Notes: generated by a model not told the origin, from the letters alone. Shown: positions 10,484 to 20,119, counted from the stretch's first letter. The stretch is 64,000 bases of DNA from Sulfolobales archaeon (GCA_038867615.1 JAWBYA010000001.1:1-64000); one strand, 5' to 3'. Made by a program: numbers and translations.

Positions 10484-10696
10484 TCAGAGCACTATATCTC
10501 AGCTATATCGGGGCGGATTCTCTTCACTTTGTCAACAAGGGAGAGATACCAAGAAGGAACCTCTATTCCCTCCACTCTTCTAGAGAAGGTATATGGCTTT
10601 ATATCAAGGACGGGCGTCCCGTCGAAGAGATCTAGATTATCAACATACAGAACCCTACCCTCCCTCCCGATAAACGTCACTATGCTTACCGCTATG

Positions 10697-11036
10697 GGCT
10701 GTTTTCTTTTTGATATATAGGGAGATTAATAGGCTTTGGAAATTTTCATGGGTATTGGGGCATGCCTGGAGGCTGCTTCCCCGCCAACACCTAAGGGTAT
10801 TTATAAGCCTTGAAAGATAATGTCCTCGGTGTGGGTCTCCCCACACAGGTCTCGGGTGGTGATGGGAGCAGTGCTCCAAGCCACCCGGGGCTCAACCTAG
10901 ATGGGAGCCGCGTGCTGTTCGGCTCGACGACCGCCCATGAACCCACAGGATTAGAGATCCTGAGGGTTGAGGTGGAAGTCCCTGGATAAGACCATGAATA
11001 AAAAGATGATTGGAATGAACATCCAGGGACAAACAG
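10697..11036 (+). mobile_element. Family-2 MITE inside tsaA
   Basis: Ends match the 783-2282 element; TTTATAAG at 10800, then scaffold GGGTGGTGATGGGAGCAGTGCTCCAAGCCACCC...GTCCCTGGAT/ATCCAGGGAC. Confidence 0.9.
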
Positions 11037-11133
11037 TTGGGTCTGTACGGCGAGTCGGTGCAGAAAACACCCACCATAGGTACTTCTTCCTCAGACAGTC
11101 CAAGCCTGATCAGTCTTTTAGGCCTCACCTTAA

Positions 11134-12700
11134 GCCGTAGCTAACTGTTTCGGATTTCATAGAAGTTTGTATGGATTGATATCAGTTTACGGTTAAGAGG
11201 GTTTGCTGAGGTCTGGGGAGATTATTAAGTTAGGTATTGCTGAAAAAAGTAGCCTGGATAGGTATTTGGGTGTAGGAATTAGGATCTATTGAGGTGTGAA
11301 AGCCAGCTAAGCCCTGTATTGTGGGTTGGGAGTAACATTATATAAGGGGTTATTATTAATTGAGCAGAGACCATGGAAAACTTGCTAGAGACTCGCGAGG
11401 TTGTTAGAACATATAGCGTGCCAATAAACGATGATAGGGTTGAGGATCTGATCACATGGTATGCTGAGATGCTCCAGAAAACAATAGAAAAGATATGGAA
11501 TAACATTATATGGGAGTATAGATTCCCAGAGATAGTTAGGAAGAAGAGAGGAATTAGAGTTAAGATCGGGAGGAAGATCAGGGTTCCAAAAATACCCAGC
11601 GACAAGAACTTTAAGAATAACCTCAGGGATTCCTTATTAACACAATGCCCTTACGCTAAACACTGGGTAGACGCTGTTATCAGAACAGCATACTCTATAA
11701 TCAGTTCTTGGAGGAAGAGGTATCTAAAAGGAAAGGCTAGAAAGACAAAACCAAGGATTAGGAGGAGGTTCGCAAGATGCAAGATAACACTAATGAGTAT
11801 GGATTATGAGAGAAAAATAATAAGAGTAACGTTGAAGCCGGGAGAGTATCTGGAGATCTCTTGGGCTAATAGGTGGTTCGTTAATAGGGTTAGAAATTGG
11901 AGCGTAGGAGAGATCATCATAAAGGATGATAGAGTTCTAATACCATTTAAGAGGAATGAGGTAGAGGTAATAGAGGATCTTGTTGCTTGGGATTCTAACG
12001 AGCTATCACTAGATGGATACTCACCTAGCAGGGGCTTTATAAAAGTCGATCTGAGATATCTGCAGAGTATAAAGATAGTCTATGAGGGGAAGAAGGCAAA
12101 AGCACAGTCAATCGGGAAGAGAGAGCTTTTTGAGAAATACTCTAGGAGGGAGAGGAATAGGGAGAAAGATTTCATAAACAAGCTAGTAAAACAGATAGCA
12201 ATACTATTACCAAAAGCAATACATATACTAGAGGATCTTGAGAAAGAGGATATGGTTAGAAAGGGAGAGGTTGAGAAAAATAGGAGGAAGAGGAACTCAA
12301 GAACACCATGGAAACAAATACACAGAAAGCTATCGGAGAAAGCATTCATAGCAAAGGTATCTCCCAAGAATACTTCACGAACCTGCCCACAATGCGGGTA
12401 TATAGTAAAGACCCAAGTGGGCAGGATATTCAAGTGTAAGAAATGTGGTTTCGAACTAGATAGACAGAAACTCGCATCCCTAAACATATATCTAAAACAT
12501 CTAAAACACACCAAGATGTGGGGGTTCCCCCACAGCAATGAACCCGAGGAAATCTATGAAGGGGAGCTGTGGGTTGGGGTCACCCTGAACGGGTGGAGGC
12601 CAAGGATATGGGCCCCGATGATAGGGGCCCTGAGGCCTATGAAACCAAGGGAAGAGCGGTTGATATCATTTGATATCAACCGCTATGAAGCCCGAACCCC
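11134..12700 (+). mobile_element. Family-1 full-length TnpB-only element (copy C) inside tsaA
   Basis: Left end GCCGTAGCTAACTGTTTCGGATTTCAT, right end CTATGAAGCCCGAACCCC; removal restores the tsaA frame. Confidence 0.9.
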
Positions 12701-12746
12701 TCCTATCGCTTGGAACTATTTTGTGGAGATACGCGATCACTATTAA
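11373..12746 (+). CDS. tnpB: TnpB (family 1) with RuvC-III Asp to Gln substitution
   Basis: RuvC-I 'VAWDSNE', RuvC-II 'ILEDL', Zn finger CPQC..CKKC, RuvC-III 'LDRQKLASLNI'; TATA TTATATAA at 11338. Confidence 0.9.
   Translation: MENLLETREVVRTYSVPINDDRVEDLITWYAEMLQKTIEKIWNNIIWEYRFPEIVRKKRGIRVKIGRKIRVPKIPSDKNFKNNLRDSLLTQCPYAKHWVDAVIRTAYSIISSWRKRYLKGKARKTKPRIRRRFARCKITLMSMDYERKIIRVTLKPGEYLEISWANRWFVNRVRNWSVGEIIIKDDRVLIPFKRNEVEVIEDLVAWDSNELSLDGYSPSRGFIKVDLRYLQSIKIVYEGKKAKAQSIGKRELFEKYSRRERNREKDFINKLVKQIAILLPKAIHILEDLEKEDMVRKGEVEKNRRKRNSRTPWKQIHRKLSEKAFIAKVSPKNTSRTCPQCGYIVKTQVGRIFKCKKCGFELDRQKLASLNIYLKHLKHTKMWGFPHSNEPEEIYEGELWVGVTLNGWRPRIWAPMIGALRPMKPREERLISFDINRYEARTPPIAWNYFVEIRDHY
12510..12720 (+). 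ncRNA. Predicted omegaRNA (scaffold plus host-derived guide) of family-1 TnpB
   Basis: Hairpins GTGGGG/CCCCAC, GGGCCCC/GGGGCCC and perfect 14-bp AGCGGTTGATATCA-TT-TGATATCAACCGCT (12655-12684); this region is the part retained by the MITEs; guide position inferred from known TnpB biology. Confidence 0.7.
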
Positions 12747-12973
12747 GTGGGAGAAACCATCGATACCATCGAGGGCCTCTTCATACTCAGGCAAGACCTC
12801 TATGATGCCAGAGACTCCTCTAATAGATTCCCTAACAACATCATCTGGGAGAGATACCCTTACAAACCCTATAGGTCTTAATATGAACTCCAAAAGCATA
12901 CCCAACATCTCTATACAAACACAGGCTTATCTATTGAAAACCATCTAAACTTAAACCCTCTAGCTATTCTACC

Positions 12974-13726
12974 ATGGTGCTTGGTATGGCGGTAAAGGGA
13001 TACGTTGATCAAGATCACATAGCATGGGCTGTGATTAGCAGGCCTGAGAGGAGGAATGCTTGGAACTCTGAGGTATCAAGGCTCCTAGCAGACTTCATAT
13101 CAAGGATTTCAAATGATGAGAAAATCCTAGGACTTGTTATAACAGGTGATGGTGAGTATTTCTCAGCAGGTGTAGATCTCAGAGAGATCCTTAGTGCGGG
13201 GGATAGAAAGAAGATCTACGAGATCTTTGATTCAGCGAGAAAAGCCTTCGAATCGATCGCTTTGTTCGAAAAACCCGTGGTAGCGGCTGTTAACGGTCCA
13301 GCCTACGGGATCTCTGTCGAGCTAACCCATCTAGTCGATTACGTGATAGCCTCGAAGAAGGCTTCATTCGCAATAACCGGTGCCAGACTAGGGCTAGTAC
13401 CCCCCATATCCCCTGTCATCGGGTGGATCAATATAGGTGTTAGGAGAGCCTCCTATCTAACAATAAGCGGTTCAACAATCACTCCCGAGGATGCCTTAAG
13501 AATAGGGCTTGTCGACGAGATAGCAGATCCAGCTGGTCTGGAGGATAGAGCCAGATCTATAATCAAGGAGATCTCAAAATCAGACCCATATGCTGTCTCA
13601 ACAATAAAGAGGGTAATAGCTCAGCAGAGGCTTAGGGACATAGAGGAAGGCTTTAAACTTATAGCTGAGTCAGCGTTGAGAGAAGATACAAGGAAAAGAA
13701 TAGGAGATTTCCTTAGCAAAAGATAA
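12974..13726 (+). CDS. Enoyl-CoA hydratase/isomerase family
   Basis: 'RPERRNA', 'FSAGVDL', 'KPVVAAVNG', 'IGLVDEI'. Confidence 0.88.
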   Translation: MVLGMAVKGYVDQDHIAWAVISRPERRNAWNSEVSRLLADFISRISNDEKILGLVITGDGEYFSAGVDLREILSAGDRKKIYEIFDSARKAFESIALFEKPVVAAVNGPAYGISVELTHLVDYVIASKKASFAITGARLGLVPPISPVIGWINIGVRRASYLTISGSTITPEDALRIGLVDEIADPAGLEDRARSIIKEISKSDPYAVSTIKRVIAQQRLRDIEEGFKLIAESALREDTRKRIGDFLSKR

Positions 13727-13758
13727 ACGTTTTTCTAGAAACCCAATAGGCTTGAGCA

Positions 13759-14376
13759 TTAATCGGCAGGGACATGTCGTCTTTGAGGTGTCGCTAGATA
13801 GCTCCCTATAATAATACCTGGGATTAGCTCAAAATATGCGACAAGCCTTTCAACTCCTCCGGGACCGAGTCCAAGATCGATTCTTGCTATAAAGAGCACC
13901 AGAAAAACTATTGCTAGAACCCCCATTGTTGGAACGATTATCCTGATATAGCCTTTGAGGATTCTATAGCTTGCTATGGGTGCCGCAGCTCCAAAGATAA
14001 ATGTCACTGCTGCAAAGAGAGTGTGGAGTGAGCCGAATGTCTCGTCAAAGATACCTACACCAATGGATCCTATCCCGGTTATGAACAAGAAGATAGAGAG
14101 ATAAGGATCACCACCGCCCCTCCTAAACATTACAGAGGATAGAATCGCCATTATTCCCAGCAGAATTACAGAGATAGTGAATATCGTCGATGATGGTTGG
14201 AACACCACGCATGAGTGAGCTCTGCAAGTAGCACCTAGATCGCTGATATAGTTCTGCGAAATGCTATAACCAGGATATAGCGAGCTAGCCACAATGAGAA
14301 ATACGAGGAACTGAGAGCATCCGAGGAGTAGGAAGAGTCCTGCGAGGTTCAAGAACCCAGGATCTTTTTGAACCAT
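13759..14376 (-). CDS. DUF998-like membrane protein
   Basis: 'YPGYSISQNYISDLG' and 'GGVERL' motifs, multi-TM. Confidence 0.75.
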   Translation of the reverse strand: MVQKDPGFLNLAGLFLLLGCSQFLVFLIVASSLYPGYSISQNYISDLGATCRAHSCVVFQPSSTIFTISVILLGIMAILSSVMFRRGGGDPYLSIFLFITGIGSIGVGIFDETFGSLHTLFAAVTFIFGAAAPIASYRILKGYIRIIVPTMGVLAIVFLVLFIARIDLGLGPGGVERLVAYFELIPGIIIGSYLATPQRRHVPAD

Positions 14377-14437
14377 ACTAACCCACCCATAAAAATCAAG
14401 CTAATATGATAAAAACCTAGCCATATGATCATAACAC

Positions 14438-14786
14438 GCCAAACCAGCTGCTTCGAGTTTCATGAGGGTTTATAAGGATTGATATTAAACTCGAGGTTCT
14501 GCAGTAATGTAACCTTATATAAGCTCTTATATTTCACTGGGATGCCCGCACAACAACGAGGGTGGGGATAGAGATCCAAGTGGGCGGGTTAAAATAAAAA
14601 CCAGGATGTGGGGGTTTCCCCACAGCTATGAGTCAGAGGTAAACTATGAAGGGGGGCTGTGGGTCGGGGTCACCCCGAATGGGTGGAGGCCAATGATAAG
14701 GGCCCCAATGATAGAGGCCCTGAGGCCCATGAAGCCATGGGAAGAGCGGTTGGTATAAAAATCAACTGCTATGAAGCCCGAACCCC
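14438..14786 (+). mobile_element. Family-1 MITE (copy D)
   Basis: GCCAAACCAGCTGCTTCGAG ... TTATATAA (14515) ... full scaffold ... CTATGAAGCCCGAACCCC. Confidence 0.9.
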
Positions 14787-15440
14787 AAGCCAGCCCAGCA
14801 CGCTCGATGCTGGTGCGTATACTACTATCAGCTCTAGCCATACTATATGGACTATGGTAGAACCCAAAACACCCTGTCTCGCTGCTACAAAGCCTGTTAC
14901 TATGCCAACAAAGAAAGCCCCGGCTATTAGGGGTGGATTGAGGGTTGGTATGTGGACTAGAGTGTAGTATAGGGATGAGAGGAGCATAGCTATAGAACCC
15001 CTAATCCCCAGGATCTCTGCTACAATGTAGCTTTGTACAAAGCCTCTCCAGAAGATCTCCTCCATAAGGCCTATAATAGCTAAATATAACGGTAACAGAT
15101 CTTTGTAACCCCCTATAGAGCTCTCGATAGACGTATAAACCATATCCACATAAGGCCATAACCCCATGAGGATCGAGATATACCCGCCAGCTATAAATAT
15201 AAAATATAGAACCACAGTCGCTATCATCGATAGGATCACTGTCGAGGATATCCAGCCCCTCAGCAAGATCTTCCGAAAATCGCTCCTCCTAGATATTATT
15301 AGTATAGATGTAAACCCCATAATGATCGTCGATATAGCCATCGATACTATGAACCTCTCTCTAAACACTATGAATGATAGTGGGAAGAAAAAGAGAGGCA
15401 TAGCAACTACTGCTAGATCTATTGCCCTATATCTAGGCAT
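14769..15440 (-). CDS. CPBP (CAAX/Abi) intramembrane metalloprotease
   Basis: 'EEIFWRG', 'YTLVH', 'H..W' motifs; stop codon lies inside MITE D. Confidence 0.85.
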   Translation of the reverse strand: MPRYRAIDLAVVAMPLFFFPLSFIVFRERFIVSMAISTIIMGFTSILIISRRSDFRKILLRGWISSTVILSMIATVVLYFIFIAGGYISILMGLWPYVDMVYTSIESSIGGYKDLLPLYLAIIGLMEEIFWRGFVQSYIVAEILGIRGSIAMLLSSLYYTLVHIPTLNPPLIAGAFFVGIVTGFVAARQGVLGSTIVHIVWLELIVVYAPASSVLGWLGVRAS

Positions 15441-15441
15441 C

Positions 15442-17346
15442 CTAGGAACCCTTCTTCCTAGCCTCCCCTCCTCCCTGGCTAGTCAGCCCTAGCTTCTCTT
15501 TAATCCATGATAATTTGATCTCAAGCCTCTTCCTCCTATGCCTGGGCTCTGCAGAAATGCTATGCCCATGACTACCCTTTGTGAAGATAACCAGCCTCGA
15601 CTCCTTCTCAGCCGATATCATTGCTACATGCATTGAGAGCGACTGGTCTATAAAGCATCTATAATCCTCCATGCTGTGTATAAGCAGGAGGGGAGTCTTA
15701 ACCCTCGATACATGAAAAGCAGGGCTCTTTCTAACATACTCCTCTAGGTTATCGATAGGAGTCCCCCCGATCTGGTCTGGATCGAACCAGAAGCCTATAT
15801 CAGAAGCCCAGTAATCAGCTATCCAGTCAGCTATACCGTTCTCACTAACAGCAGCTGCAAATCTATCTGTCTTTGTTATTATCACGTTCGTCATATAGCC
15901 TCCATAGCTTATCCCAGTCACGGCCATCCTCTTATCATCCACTGGGTACTTGTTTAGAACCATGTCTAGGAAACCCATGATCTGCTCGTAGTCCTTCTCA
16001 CCATACATACCCCTTATATCGGCAAACTCCTCAGAGTAACCATTACTCCCCCTCGGGTTGCAGAAAGCCACCATAAAACCCTCGGAAGCCATGAGCTGCA
16101 TCTCTGGGTTGAAGTGATAGCCATACATACCTTTGGGCCCGCCATGTATGTAGAGGATCAGTGGTTTCTTACCATCGCCCTCGGGAACCAAAACCCACCC
16201 ATCTATCCTCTCCCCGTTGACCTCGACAGGCTCGTATATCGGGTTATAGAGCTTCACCTCTCTGGAAAGCCACTCATTAACCCTAGAGATCTTTCTCACA
16301 GAACCCTGGCTAAACATATAAACCTCTGGAGGTTCTGATGGCGATGCATAGATATAGGCAGCCCTATCGCCCTTCGAGTTAGCCGAATATACAACCCCGT
16401 CCTTCCTAACAATATCTCTCAGAGAACCACGATCCACTATGGAGAGCACTGTTCTCCCAGAATCTGAATATATGATCGACGGGCTGCCCATATAGTCGCC
16501 AGCTATCATCTCGATATTCCTGTCGAGAAGCCCGCAGGATATGCATGTAGGGCTGGAACTATCTATTCTCCAGAGCCTGTAGTGGCTAGCAATCCCTATG
16601 CTCCTCTGATGCGCCAGCATATAGATCTCACCATCTATGCAGGAGATCTGCGATACCGTGTAACCCCTAATAATATCCTCCACACCGCCATCCGGCTTAA
16701 GCCTTCTAACAATATGGTGAAGGGGTTTTCTCCAATCCTCCCTGGTGTAATAGTAGATCCCATCTTTACAGACCGAGAAGCCCTGGACCCCGTTTGGCTC
16801 ATCAGTAATTTTAGAAACCCTTCCGGAATCGATGTCAACCAGATGGATCTGTTGTGTGATGTGCGAGACAAACCCCCTCCCATCAAACCATACCGGGATC
16901 CTATCGCTAACTATATAATCACCATCTGGATCATATAGCTGTGCTCTCGGAATACTTGCTAGAACCACTAGCGTGTTTTCATCAAGCCACTCGAGATCTG
17001 CAACACCGTCTTTAAACCACGCAACTCTCCTAGCCTCACCCTTCAAGCCCCATACAAAGACACCAGACCCCTTATCCTCTTTCCCAGCACCCCTCCTGCT
17101 TATAAAGGCGAGCTTCGTTGCTGATGGAGACCATCTGGGTGAGGAGTCGCCCTCACCAGCTAGGTAGAACTCCTCGCCAGCATGGGTTGAGATCCTTATC
17201 TCAGAGACATATCTATTCTTATCAACATCCGGTATGCTCACTATATACGCCAGATCCCCTTTTCCGGAAAGCCTAACATCAACGATCCTCGAGATCCTTA
17301 TCACATCATCTATACCAAACCTCCTCAACCAAAGACCCCCGCACAT
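15442..17346 (-). CDS. S9 family acylaminoacyl peptidase
   Basis: 'IHGGP', 'NPRGSNGY', nucleophile 'GISYGG', 'EDYRC', 'SHGHS'. Confidence 0.92.
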   Translation of the reverse strand: MCGGLWLRRFGIDDVIRISRIVDVRLSGKGDLAYIVSIPDVDKNRYVSEIRISTHAGEEFYLAGEGDSSPRWSPSATKLAFISRRGAGKEDKGSGVFVWGLKGEARRVAWFKDGVADLEWLDENTLVVLASIPRAQLYDPDGDYIVSDRIPVWFDGRGFVSHITQQIHLVDIDSGRVSKITDEPNGVQGFSVCKDGIYYYTREDWRKPLHHIVRRLKPDGGVEDIIRGYTVSQISCIDGEIYMLAHQRSIGIASHYRLWRIDSSSPTCISCGLLDRNIEMIAGDYMGSPSIIYSDSGRTVLSIVDRGSLRDIVRKDGVVYSANSKGDRAAYIYASPSEPPEVYMFSQGSVRKISRVNEWLSREVKLYNPIYEPVEVNGERIDGWVLVPEGDGKKPLILYIHGGPKGMYGYHFNPEMQLMASEGFMVAFCNPRGSNGYSEEFADIRGMYGEKDYEQIMGFLDMVLNKYPVDDKRMAVTGISYGGYMTNVIITKTDRFAAAVSENGIADWIADYWASDIGFWFDPDQIGGTPIDNLEEYVRKSPAFHVSRVKTPLLLIHSMEDYRCFIDQSLSMHVAMISAEKESRLVIFTKGSHGHSISAEPRHRRKRLEIKLSWIKEKLGLTSQGGGEARKKGS

Positions 17347-17406
17347 TATGATAAGAAATCCAATATAAGTGAGTGGTAGATGTTGGTAACAAGCATAACA
17401 AGAGAC

Positions 17407-18603
17407 TTAGGATAGAATGTTGATCGTAGATAGTGCAAAGATGATTATAAAGCCAACCGTAGTTAATATCTGTAAAGGCCTTGAGAATCTCCTTGGCAGT
17501 ACCGTGTCGAGGAACTTGCCGCCGTCTGTTATAAAGAGCGGGGCGGCGTTTATTATTGCAAGACTTAGGCCTATTATAGCCGTCCACAAGAGGATCTTCA
17601 TGGCTTCTTCGAGAACGTATAGCCTAGCATAGCCGTGCTCGCTAACAGCTACAAGGGCTCCCATAGATAGGCCGAAGATCAGGGGTACAACGCTTAGATA
17701 GATCCCTAGCCTTGTTGTGTTAGAGGGTTTATAGATCGTTGACGAGTATTTAGTCCCGTTGGGGTATATACCCTCTATCTCAATATATACACTCCTATTA
17801 GAAACTATATGCTCCCTGAATCTGAGGAAATCATCAAGACTACCGATCCTCGTGCTATTTATACTCAGTATAAGAAGACCGGGAGAGATACCGCTCCTCT
17901 CAGCAAGAGACCCTTCCTCAACACTCTCTATAATCACACCCTGCGAGACACCAATAGCGGGGGCTGCATACACAATACCCAGCACCGCTCCTGAGGCTAT
18001 AGCAAAAATAACCATGTTCATCAAAACACCGCCAGCCAAGATCCTTCCTGCCGCGAGCCCCCCGCTCTTCAGCGCATCCTCTTCCTCTAGCTCGACAAAG
18101 GCTACTGGGAAGAAGAGCAGGAGTCCTGCACCATAGCTTTTAAGCCTCTTATTCTCAGCCTTAGCAGCGATCGCATGGCCTAGTTCGTGGATAGTTACAT
18201 TGATCCCTATTGCTATTAATAGATATATAATATCCCATCCAGTGATCGTTAACCCCGGTATTATTGGAACCAAAGGAGAGGCAGGCGGCTCGCCTCCAGA
18301 TGAGGCTACCCTGATATATTTAGCCACAAAATCTATACCAACAACATAGACAAATATGTAGAAGAGCACCATGGAGACAACCATTACAGGAATCCCTAGT
18401 GTAAAAAACGCCCTAGCACTCCTAGACCCTACAAACCTATCAAGAGGGCTAACACCACTCTTCCTCTTTATCAGAAAACCCAGGGGAAATGGCTCTATAC
18501 CTATTCTAGCCAGGAGATCCTTTATCCTCGGCGACGAACTCGCCAGGAAGTATAATACCACCTCTACAAGAAGTATAAAGGCTATGAGCTGGAGCGGGTT
18601 CAT
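17407..18603 (-). CDS. Site-2 protease (M50) with PDZ domain
   Basis: 'HELGH', 'NAAPLFITDGG', PDZ-like 'SVEEGSLAERSGI'. Confidence 0.9.
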   Translation of the reverse strand: MNPLQLIAFILLVEVVLYFLASSSPRIKDLLARIGIEPFPLGFLIKRKSGVSPLDRFVGSRSARAFFTLGIPVMVVSMVLFYIFVYVVGIDFVAKYIRVASSGGEPPASPLVPIIPGLTITGWDIIYLLIAIGINVTIHELGHAIAAKAENKRLKSYGAGLLLFFPVAFVELEEEDALKSGGLAAGRILAGGVLMNMVIFAIASGAVLGIVYAAPAIGVSQGVIIESVEEGSLAERSGISPGLLILSINSTRIGSLDDFLRFREHIVSNRSVYIEIEGIYPNGTKYSSTIYKPSNTTRLGIYLSVVPLIFGLSMGALVAVSEHGYARLYVLEEAMKILLWTAIIGLSLAIINAAPLFITDGGKFLDTVLPRRFSRPLQILTTVGFIIIFALSTINILS

Positions 18604-18803
18604 AGCACTTGCCCCATAGACATATAATTAGAAGCTAAAAACGTTACAGCCATTTATTAATGCAAGAGTTATCATTCATATTTAGAACTTTGCTGGACAG
18701 CCTCTCAGAGATATTCGGCTTAGCTGGTAATCACAGTTACTCATCCATGTGACCGACACTCCCACCGTTTACGCCTTCCCTCATCCATATGAAGAAGTTG
18801 CTG

Positions 18804-19147
18804 AGGACTCGAGTTTCATACCGGTTAATATTTTTGATATTAACAGCTTATCCCTCGGCTTTACCGAATCCCAGGGCCCTCTATCATTAGAACCCTTATC
18901 ACTGGCCCCACCATTCGGGGTGGCCCTCCTCATAGTCCCATCTCACGTATTAGCTCTGGCTTACTGCTGTAGAGAAACCCCACATCCCGGCTCTCTACTC
19001 TGATTGCTTGGATCTTTATAGCCGCCCGTATCGTGGGTAGAACCGCTGTAAATTATATTTCATAGCCATTGGTTGTGTTCTCGTAGAATTACGAGCTTAA
19101 TATCAGCTCCCATAAACCCTCATAAAATCAGAAACAGTCGTTACGGC
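18804..19147 (-). mobile_element. Degenerate family-1 MITE (copy E)
   Basis: Reverse complement starts GCCGTAACGACTGTTTCTGATTTTATGAGGGTTTATGG, contains GGATGTGGGGTTTCTCTACAG, ends TTAACCGGTATGAAACTCGAGTCCT. Confidence 0.75.
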
Positions 19148-19234
19148 TTAGCTAAATACAGCATTAAAGATTCCTATCAATACTACCTATAGAATAGTTC
19201 TTATATTAGATCTCTATCTCTTCACAAGATCTAG

Positions 19235-20119
19235 CTATCTGCATCCTTCTCTAAGAACTATCATGGATGCCCATATTCTGTTTGACAATTGCTCTGCTCG
19301 GAAAAAGTTCTGATCAATGCATGATTCAGTATTGAGTAGTTCGTGATAGAGTGGAACAGGGTCATGATCATTTATGAGGATCAGTCTATATATCCTTTTA
19401 TCCTTGTTCTCGCGGATCTTTTCCTTTGTAGCTGTACGCATTTCATAGGGCTTTAAGCCGGTAATATTCATAGCCACTGCACTGCTTTTCAGAATAGCAC
19501 TTGAGATCCTCTCCTCCATTTTGTTAACTAAGCTGATCGCCCTCTCGTGGAACCCTTCTCTTAGTTTTGCTTTGTTTTCCTCGAGAGCCTGGGAGATTTC
19601 TTGAGCACAACACCCGGCCTTTAGCATGATACCCAGGATCTTGGGTAAAAGTATTCTCTCCTCATCCTCTCTATGATCCTCCGTAGTCTCATAATATATA
19701 GCTGCTCTTGATGCGAGTTCTCTTCCCAAATCCTCTGGGGCATAGGTTTGTGCTTCTATGAGATCCTTAAACCTATACTCAATTGTTAAATGAGCATCTT
19801 TTAGATCCCTGAACAACCTAAATACATACCTCTTGGTAAAAGAACCCAACAGCTCTGTTAATGCAGCTAAAGCCTCTTCACTCCTCTCATGGTGTGAGAT
19901 GAACGCATGCCCAAATTCTATATATATGGGTAGCACCTGCTCAAAAGGCTCTTTCTCATCTAGCATATATGCCGATGCAGCAGAAAGTAGCAACGTGTTT
20001 GAAGCTCTCCTAAGAAGCATATGTTCCTTAACATGCCCATCCAGCCACCTAGAGCTCTTCCTCCACCCCCCCCCATACATGGAATACAGGGTCAAAAAAT
20101 ATATAGAACGTGGAACCAT
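19235..20119 (-). CDS. Hemerythrin-like domain protein with C-terminal DUF2249-like domain
   Basis: 'HVKEH', 'HHERSEE', 'DAH', 'HREDEERILLP' ligand pattern; 'LINDHDPVPLY'. Confidence 0.7.
   Translation of the reverse strand: MVPRSIYFLTLYSMYGGGWRKSSRWLDGHVKEHMLLRRASNTLLLSAASAYMLDEKEPFEQVLPIYIEFGHAFISHHERSEEALAALTELLGSFTKRYVFRLFRDLKDAHLTIEYRFKDLIEAQTYAPEDLGRELASRAAIYYETTEDHREDEERILLPKILGIMLKAGCCAQEISQALEENKAKLREGFHERAISLVNKMEERISSAILKSSAVAMNITGLKPYEMRTATKEKIRENKDKRIYRLILINDHDPVPLYHELLNTESCIDQNFFRAEQLSNRIWASMIVLREGCR

Larger units (their letters stand above)
10492..12908 (-). pseudogene. tsaA: tRNA (t6A37)-N6-methyltransferase TsaA/TrmO, split in three by two insertions
   Basis: Pieces 12701-12908 (LRPIG...LDGIDGFSHLIVIAYLH), 11036-11136 (LKVRP...GVFCTDSPYRPN) and 10492-10698 (PIAVSIV...LDLFDGTPVLDIKPY) join into a typical TsaA. 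Confidence 0.9.

Noticed and set aside
10690-12710. The tsaA inserts as spliceable introns (IStron or bulge-helix-bulge mRNA introns)
   Set aside because: Both are antisense to tsaA, no group I core is visible, and I could not draw a canonical 3-4-3 BHB at the frame-restoring junctions I tried
9063-18999. Small ORF-track entries in MITEs (9063-9444, 10655-10879, 14644-14967, 18749-19003; also 46866-47096 and 50142-50387)
   Set aside because: Shadow ORFs of repeat sequence; only the 5' part of 10892-11128 is real, as a tsaA fragment
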